Assembly: GCA_002794465.1 (NCBI GenBank)
Contig: MTSL01000134.1
Coordinates: 107,830 to 120,280 of the forward strand
Direction of reading: 5' to 3'
DNA: 12,451 nt
Origin: Paramicrosporidium saccamoebae KSL3
Lineage: Eukaryota; Fungi; Cryptomycota
Shown: in pieces, positions 6,177 to 12,451 of the stretch
Layout: each line of letters opens with the position of its first letter
Numbering within the stretch: the first letter of the stretch is position 1
Notes under the pieces: generated by a model
Database searches by the model: none
Seen by the model: the letters and a program-made list of their open reading frames with translations, nothing else
Told to the model about the DNA's origin: nothing
Translations under genes and position numbers: made by a program

Positions 6177-7865
6177 CTAACAGGATGTAGTAAAATCTAC
6201 AAAATTGGCAGAATTGTCCGTTCCAATAGCAACTATAACATTTCCGGACGGCCAAAATTCACAGCCAAGAAAGCGCTTCTCGCCGCTAAATTCTATCGAC
6301 CGTACTGGAGCGGCTGCCTCGTTCATGTACCTCAGATCCCATATATTGACCGCAGAGATGCGGGAATCTGGTGCAGAGGTTCCAAAGGCAACAAGATTGC
6401 CGTCAGGGGACCAACCCGGACGCATGTACCGTGTGGGAGATTGTTCAGCATGTCCAAACGCTTTAAATCCTTGCCCAAGAGGGCCCCGGTGGTCCAAGAG
6501 ACGTAGCTGCTGCGATCGGCTGCAAAAAGTGACTATAATGCTATTTGGATGGTGAGCATTGGTGAGCAGCTGTGAAATGCGAAACTCGTATCGATGGCTG
6601 AATGTTGGACGAGACTCTTTCAACGACCATCCCAACAGCCGACAATCGGCTCCGCCGCTCCATAGAATTTCGGGAGACGCGGCTACTTGCGTTATTGCCT
6701 GGACAGCAGATGTATGATAGCGATGGACTTCCTTTGTACTGGTCACATGAGCCTGGTAATCCAATTCCCATAGAGTGATAGTCTTGTCTAGCCCTCCCGA
6801 CAGCAACTTTGCCCGGTTCGACCGCATCGGCTCATATAGAGAGCTGAGTGTACTTATACTCTTCTGATGAGGTGAGTTGGCTGAAGTGAGCACTATTGGC
6901 ACTGGCTCTGAATCGTGCCGGTATGGCAAAAATAGCAAAGATGACGCTTGACCTGAGGAGTCTGTCTCTACACTGCTACCATTTGATGTGCTAGCATCTA
7001 CAGTGGAAAATACAAATCCATCTAATAATGGCGCAGAGCACATATTTTCAGGAAAGCATGGTCTTTTCAAATAGGACGGTAGAAATACTGTGCGAGTTGT
7101 CATCTGTTTTCGGACAGAATTGTACTGAACAGAACCATCTAGGGAGGACGTAATCATTAAATCGTCATGTCCAGCACCAGCAAACATCAGGCATCTGGGC
7201 TTTCGAACGAAAAACTTTGTTTTAATCGCCACTGACACATCTCGGATCAGTCCTTTATCTCCACTCAAATTCTTCGGTTTGGTCTCTGACAGCATGGGAG
7301 AGTTTAATTCAGTGAGCCTTGGGAGAGCATCAAGAGATTTTTTCGGCATGGGAGAATTCAATTCATTAAACCTTGGAAGGGCATCAAGGGACTTTGTCGA
7401 TATGGAAGAGTTTGGTTCATTAAGTCTTGTAAGAGGATCAAGAGACATGGATTGGGCAGTGGACCCAAATTCTCGCGATAGACATTCCATAGAGTCGCTC
7501 TCAAGAAGAACAGTAAGCTCACCCATCAGCACGCTAATTCGTTCAAAGCTTTTAGCCGCAGCCGAAGTATGCATAGTATACAGTTCGCGCTCCTTTTCTA
7601 GCTCAAGTTGGATAGCACGGAAACGAGGATTAGGCGAGGATAACGAGCCCCGTGACGCTGGTGCCGACCTGATGGAGGGAGACATGGAAGTTCTATCTAG
7701 TAGCGGGGAGGCAGTCCTCTTCCCAGGGACAGTAGAGCGAGAAGGCTGTCCGACTAGAGCCGCTCTTTTAGTCGATGAATCAGATAGGTGAGGCTTCTCC
7801 GTTTTGCCCGAAATTGGGACCAGCATGCTGGAGCCGAGAAGCTCATCGGGAAAGGACAAATTCAT
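6177..7865 (-). CDS. Uncharacterised protein, 562 aa: low-complexity N-terminus, short predicted coiled coil, 18-aa x3 repeat, C-terminal WD40 propeller
   Basis: WD40-like units TSSLDGSVQY, LLSGGLDKTITLW, HTSAV..WSGGADCRLLGW, QLRLLDHR and WSPDGNLVAFG..NIWDLRY. The track start at 7904 is GTG; the first ATG is 7865. Confidence 0.88.
   Translation of the reverse strand: MNLSFPDELLGSSMLVPISGKTEKPHLSDSSTKRAALVGQPSRSTVPGKRTASPLLDRTSMSPSIRSAPASRGSLSSPNPRFRAIQLELEKERELYTMHTSAAAKSFERISVLMGELTVLLESDSMECLSREFGSTAQSMSLDPLTRLNEPNSSISTKSLDALPRFNELNSPMPKKSLDALPRLTELNSPMLSETKPKNLSGDKGLIRDVSVAIKTKFFVRKPRCLMFAGAGHDDLMITSSLDGSVQYNSVRKQMTTRTVFLPSYLKRPCFPENMCSAPLLDGFVFSTVDASTSNGSSVETDSSGQASSLLFLPYRHDSEPVPIVLTSANSPHQKSISTLSSLYEPMRSNRAKLLSGGLDKTITLWELDYQAHVTSTKEVHRYHTSAVQAITQVAASPEILWSGGADCRLLGWSLKESRPTFSHRYEFRISQLLTNAHHPNSIIVTFCSRSQQLRLLDHRGPLGQGFKAFGHAEQSPTRYMRPGWSPDGNLVAFGTSAPDSRISAVNIWDLRYMNEAAAPVRSIEFSGEKRFLGCEFWPSGNVIVAIGTDNSANFVDFTTSC
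7292..7446 (-). repeat. 54-nt (18-aa) coding tandem repeat, ~3 copies
   Basis: SLDPLTRLNEPNSSISTK / SLDALPRFNELNSPMPKK / SLDALPRLTELNSPMLSE. DNA units start at 7292, 7346 and 7400 on the + strand. Confidence 0.9.
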
Positions 7866-7897
7866 GCTAGAATCCACTAGAGATGAACAATGAGGCC

Positions 7898-7932
7898 GTC
7901 CCACAATTCCCCGACTCTGGCTAGGGTATAAA
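7898..7932 (+). promoter_or_regulatory. Candidate snoRNA promoter: GTCCCACAATTCC (7898-7910) plus TATAAA (7927-7932)
   Basis: The same two-element arrangement is seen upstream of U3, and it lies ~30-40 nt before the box C/D RNA. Confidence 0.5.
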
Positions 7933-7965
7933 GCACTGGAGACCCTGGTACTTTTTCGATTTGTA

Positions 7966-8106
7966 ACTGACCTTCACAAGGTTTTAGTGGCCAAGGATGA
8001 GTACGAACGTGCGGTATGACTGTGTCCTCGGCATATGTCTATGCCTTTGGTGTATTCGTATTGCCTAGTAGGATACCACTGGAGATACAAGTCTCTGAGG
8101 CCACTA
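7966..8106 (+). ncRNA. Box C/D snoRNA with 5' leader; candidate U13/snR45 (18S helix-45 ac4C guide). 5' end approximate (7958-7968).
   Basis: Perfect 8-bp terminal stem TAGTGGCC (7985-7992)/GGCCACTA (8099-8106), 3-nt bulge AAG, box C GATGA (7996-8000) and box D TCTGA (8094-8098): canonical kink-turn geometry. Internal stems TACGAA/TTCGTA and GGCATA/TATGCC. Leader TGACCTTCACAAGGTTT pairs with the conserved 18S 3' sequence GAACCUGCGGAAGGAUCA. T5 at 8111-8115. Confidence 0.7.
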
Positions 8107-8277
8107 CCCATTTTTAACAAAATCAACTGTTCGCGAGTACTACCTGCACGTCAGTGTATTATGCATGTGTATTGGCTATTGTCTCAATAAACTCGTTACT
8201 TCTTGTCATAGTAAAGTGCGGATGTCTTTCTGAATATTACAAAAATATGAACCCTTGTTAATTGGCACCGTTTTCGA

Positions 8278-11200
8278 ATGTTGGGCGGTGGACTGTCAGG
8301 AGGTCATGACTCGGAAAACCGTGCCGCCCAATTGAGACAAAGCGCGCGCACAGTTACTGCATGCCTTACAAGAGACGAACAACAGATACCTGACCCATGG
8401 GATCTTTTACAATCCTCGTACTCTCGAGACTACCTCCCGCCAGGTAGCGCGGGAGAAATGCATCTTCAAGTTCGCCAGGTCCATGTGATACCTGATATCC
8501 TTATGGCCCAATTCGAAGGACAAGAGTGTCGTTGCTTTATGGGACTATTTGCTCAAATTGGCCGCGTATGGATGACTGTGGACAATAGGCTGTTCCTGTG
8601 GGATTATGCCACTGGGCGCGATTATACCTGTTTCGACGAACTGGATCAAGTAATCATTGATGTGGCGTTGGTAAAGCCCAGAGCTGACATTTTCATTTCA
8701 TCCATCAAGCACCTGCTTGTAGTAGTTACTGCCGCAGAAATTGTCATTCTTGGAGTCTCCTTCAATTCTTCGGGAGCTGAGACTGAAGGCGACCTGGTTA
8801 TCCATCGCACCGGACTGCACTTTCCAAGCGACGAAATAAACATGCTCTCGGTCGTTGGAACGAGAACTGGACGAATATTTGCTGGAGGACAGGATGGGAA
8901 TATATACGAATTTACTTACCAGTCTGACGAGGGCTGGTTCACTCGGAAATGCCGAAAAGTCAACAAAACCTCTTCAGCATTGGCTTACTTGACTCCTACT
9001 TTTCTTCGCATGGCGCAGTCTGGTTCGGCTATTGTGTCACTGGCCTTTGATGCTGGCAGGGATTTGCTGTATGCTCTTGGAGAGGATTCCTCTATTCAAG
9101 CGTTCCATTTGGGGAAATTTGACAATGCTTTTGACAAGATTGGACATGCATCGGATATATTTGAAAGGGCCTCAAGTCTCTGTCCCACTGGCGTGCTAAA
9201 CAAAAAGTCATTCAAGGTGGCGGCAATTTCTGCAGTGGGGCTAGAGGATTCCGCATTTGTTCATCTAGTGGCCATCACTACGTGTGGAATCAAGTTGTAT
9301 TTTACAACTTTGAAAAGAGACGAGAGGGCTTATTCGAGGAATCAGATCATTGCCTCATCAAGCCTCCCTGTAACGTTTGAAATGATCCATGTGCGGCTTC
9401 CAGCCGAGGAGGGAAGACAGCGAGATGCTCGACGGATGTTTAATGCATGGAATCCCAATATTCACACCGCCTTGTATCGAAATGGAGTCATGCTGGCAGC
9501 CAGTGCAATTAGTAACCAAGAAGACATTGTGCTTGCCACGATTCTGAACCAGTCCGTTGCCATGACTTCGGGTAGAGGAGGCTCATTGGAATGTGTCTCT
9601 GAAGTCAAGATTGAGGGCAAAATCTGGGACATTGCTGAGCTCTCCCAACCCGAATGCAGCACGGTTCCAAAGGTATCGGCTTCCTTCCACGAAGCCACGT
9701 CCCCTCTTGTCACTCAATTTCGTCGCTTTTTGCTTCTCTCCAATTCTGGTGTCTATTCTGTTTCAAAATCTAGTCCCGTTGAAGAGTTGCAAAAACTTTT
9801 AGTCGACTCTAATGGTAATATGGAGAGTGAACATCTCCGCCATTTCTTCGAGTCCTATTCTGCCGACCAAGGCTGCTTCTTGTCAATAGTTTTGGCGTGC
9901 TCGGTGCAAAGTTCTTGGAAGTCTTTTGGCTCTTCCTCCTACCGTCCAAGTATGGACTCAAAGACGTCTGCCAATCTTGCTCTCTGGTCAGTCAATGCCA
10001 TGATCCGGCACGGAGGTGAACCGCGTGTTGCCCAAACGGCCATATCCGGCGTGGACTATATCGGCACGGGGAGTGTTCTGAACTTTCCTACCTATGGTAG
10101 TAGAATTGAGTACGAATTCTCAAATCTTCATCGTGGTCTTTACTTGTATTTTGCACGTCTTGTTGGGTCTTTCTGGAATCAGCCTGTTCAATCCTTCTCA
10201 GAGCCACAAACTGATATCCTGATGGCCCTTCATTCGTATTGCGAATTTCTTGAACGAAATCCCGGCCTTGCGTCCCGCACTCTGTTGACTTCTAACGCAC
10301 CCGCCAAGCACATTGTTTCACGAGAAATCCAGATGAAACTCGACGAAGCCTACAACGCTGAGAATCAGTCCATTAGAACGCTAGTTTGGCTAGTCAAGGC
10401 TACTCTGGAGCTCTTGTCCTTCCTGTCCATCTGTCGCGACTATCATATCCTGGAGCCTGCCTTGAGATCAAGCCACGATATTCAAAAAATTGAATTTGAA
10501 GAATTAATCGCAACACCCAGAGGACGCGATCTCGTTTCAGACATTGCCACGGCCTTGGTGCAAAAGCAGCTTAAAATGCGTGCGTCTGTGGATTCATTGT
10601 GTCAAATTCTACTGCAAAGGTGTCCCACATTCTTTGGGGAGGGCGAAATTGTCATATTCCAGGGCACTGAGTGTCTGGAGCGCGCACTCCAAACGCGAGA
10701 CTCGGCGGAACGCAATTTACAGCTTCAGGAATCCTTAAAACTTTTCCTCCGTGGATGCTCCTCAATGTCGCTTGCGACATTGTCCGAGATTTCTCAAAAG
10801 TACCAGAGCTTAGCTTTTTTCCCTGGCCTGATCGAGCTTGGCCTGTGTTCCGCCCAATCCCGTGATACCGACAATATTGCATTGGCCGCTTTCCGCGCGC
10901 CCAACATTCAGCTCAATACACAGCAGCAAGAAATTATCAACTCTCGGGAAGGGATCTATTCCTTTATTTTCGAAGCGCTCAAAGCCGTGCACGGAATCGA
11001 AGCACGAAGCATTTCTGCGCTCGTGGGGCAAATTGGTACTTTTGTCTTTATTGTCTTTATGGTTTAGATGTTGAAAGGTTACAAAAGGAGACCCTTGGTC
11101 GTGCGGTTAAATCAAGGGACGAGCTTTTCCATCTAAAGCTGTATGATTGGATGGTTTCAGAGCATTTGGGTTCGCTTCTTCTTGATATGGAGACTCCATA

Positions 11201-12131
11201 CTTGCTCGCGTATCTGGAATCGAGATTTTTGGATCATTCTGAGGCTTGCAGAGATTTGCTATGGAAGTATTTAGCCCGACATGGTCGGTTTATTGATGCG
11301 GCAAAGATCCTTGATCAGCTGGCTTCGTCTCCCGAATTCAAATTGAATCTGCCAGAAAGAATTGAACGACTTTCCTTGGCATTGGGAAATGCTAGGAGTG
11401 AGGCTGGAATGACTCTGGAGGCTGCAGAATATATTCAAGACTTGGAGGAAAGGCTGGACGTTGCAAAACTCCAAAACGAAGTTCTTGAACACGTTCTGTC
11501 GCATTTTGGGCAGGTTGCCGAAGTTACCGAACTGAATTGTGTTCTTTTCGACATTTCCCAGCTGTTTAATCGTTTCACTCGTCCCCTCAAACTATACGAG
11601 TGCTCTTTGCGAATTATCCATTCATCGTCATACCAGGATCCGCTCCTTGTACATCAGTTTTGGTCAAGCATTCTGGCTCAGACCGGGAAGCACTTTGACT
11701 CTCTGTCTCAAAAGATTGCTGAACTGGCAAAGAAGCTTTACCCGTCTCCTTTTGCTTTTCCATTAAGTATGAAACGCCGTTGCATGTTTAATATCTTTGT
11801 AGACTTTGTGCTGGACTCGGTTCTTGTACTTGCGATAAAAAACTCGCAATCTGAAGAGTGGGTTGCATCGACATTTATTCATTCCGGCATCCCACCAAAA
11901 GATGTCTTGGAGCAATTCTGCGAGTTTGCTCACTCGCAGTCAACGTTTTGGTCCAATGTGGAGAATAGAGCGTTCCTCGTTTCTGTATTTAGTAGCTTGG
12001 CCGACAGAGCCCTCACTAGGCAACTAATCAAGGGAGCTGATCTTTCCATGATCATTAACTTTCTTCTGAAAAGCTCAATTCCAGAATCGCAATCGTCAAA
12101 AATAGCTCTACTTAAGGATCGATGCAAATAA
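8278..12131 (+). CDS. NUP155: Nucleoporin Nup155/Nup170 family. Exons 8278-11035, 11068-11766, 11803-12131, ~1261 aa.
   Basis: CFMGLFAQIGRVWMTVDNRLFLWDY, GRIFAGGQDGNIYEFTYQ..GWFTRKCRKVN, IYFTT-like IKLYFTT, HRGLYLYFARL, DELFHLKLYDWM (restored by splicing), DLLWKY and LPERIERLSLA are all typical of Nup155/170. Confidence 0.95.
11036..11067 (+). other. Spliceosomal intron, 32 nt (NUP155)
   Basis: GTACTT...TTTAG. Joins GQI-D-VERLQKETLGRAVKSRDELFH and fuses the two track ORFs. Confidence 0.92.
11767..11802 (+). other. In-frame stop-free intron, 36 nt (NUP155)
   Basis: GTATGA donor, TTTAAT branch-like motif, TGTAG acceptor. Removal turns FPLSMKRRCMFNIFVDFVL into FPLNFVL, matching the family FPL(D/N)F motif. 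Confidence 0.8.
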
Positions 12132-12196
12132 AGTTAAGAATCAAATTTTCTTCCTTGGCCTATTTCAGATGTAAGTTGTAGACTGACTGTGAAAGG

Positions 12197-12236
12197 GTGG
12201 TTATGAGGGGTTAACTGCGGTCATGAGGGGCTGACT
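12197..12236. repeat. 2 x 20-nt imperfect tandem duplication
   Basis: GTGGTTATGAGGGGTTAACT vs GCGGTCATGAGGGGCTGACT, 16/20 identical. Confidence 0.7.
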
Positions 12237-12357
12237 GATTTTGTCTGGACAATTGGCACAGACGCCAAATTGAGATGTGCCCATATCCACCCGTACGCAT
12301 ATCTATCTATGTCTTAACAAGGCAACGATATCCCATTTGAGCAAATAGTCCGTTGGT

Positions 12358-12451
12358 TAGCAAGAGTATATTTTTATTAAAGCATATGGCACATATGTCG
12401 CGTAGTGGGGATAATACCACAGACGGGAAGGGGGGCTTGTTCACTGCTAAT
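12358..12451 (+). repeat. Dispersed repeat, copy 2 (runs to the window edge)
   Basis: Same three blocks as 5835-5909, in the same order and orientation. Spacers are 28 and 14 nt versus 5 and 18 nt in copy 1. Confidence 0.85.

Noticed and set aside
6135-6555. + strand ORFs 6135-6506 and 6205-6555, and 7279-7791
   Set aside because: Antisense to the WD40 gene, with no recognisable features.
8241-8277. CCC triplet shortly upstream of the Nup155 ATG, like the microsporidian CCC motif
   Set aside because: Not consistently present before the other ATGs in the window, and too short to be meaningful.
12207-12214. GGGGTTAA telomere-like word
   Set aside because: Single occurrence inside the 20-nt duplication, with no array.
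12311-12322. Minus-strand CCTTGTTAAGAC, 11/12 match to the U13-type antisense element for 18S
   Set aside because: No box C, box D or terminal stem is correctly placed around it, so it is most likely chance.
1-12451. CRISPR arrays, transposase or RT ORFs, rRNA, canonical tRNA
   Set aside because: None seen: no repeat-spacer series, no mobile-element protein motifs and no rRNA-length conserved segments.

Overview
Gene-dense eukaryotic nuclear DNA with very short (31-38 nt) GT-AG introns. By inference it comes from a compact-genome, early-diverging fungus-like opisthokont, such as a Rozellomycota or microsporidia relative; the sequence alone cannot prove this. It holds five protein genes: cytosolic TyrRS with a C-terminal EMAP II-like domain (-), an OCRL/INPP5B-type 5-phosphatase-ASH-RhoGAP gene (+, at least 3 introns), ribose-5-phosphate isomerase A (+), an uncharacterised coiled-coil/WD40 protein with an 18-aa x3 repeat (-), and Nup155/Nup170 (+, 2 introns, one hidden in-frame). 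Two apparent intergenic gaps contain snoRNA genes that the ORF track cannot show. One is a complete intronless U3 (4953->4742). The other is a box C/D RNA (~7966-8106) whose 5' leader is complementary to the 18S 3' end, like U13/snR45 acetylation guides. Each RNA gene is head-to-head with a protein gene and has a TATA box plus a shared RTCCCAYA element, at spacings exactly 10 bp apart (38 vs 28 nt). An unexplained three-block dispersed repeat occurs twice (5835-5909 and 12358-12451). All alignments were done by eye; no database searches were run.
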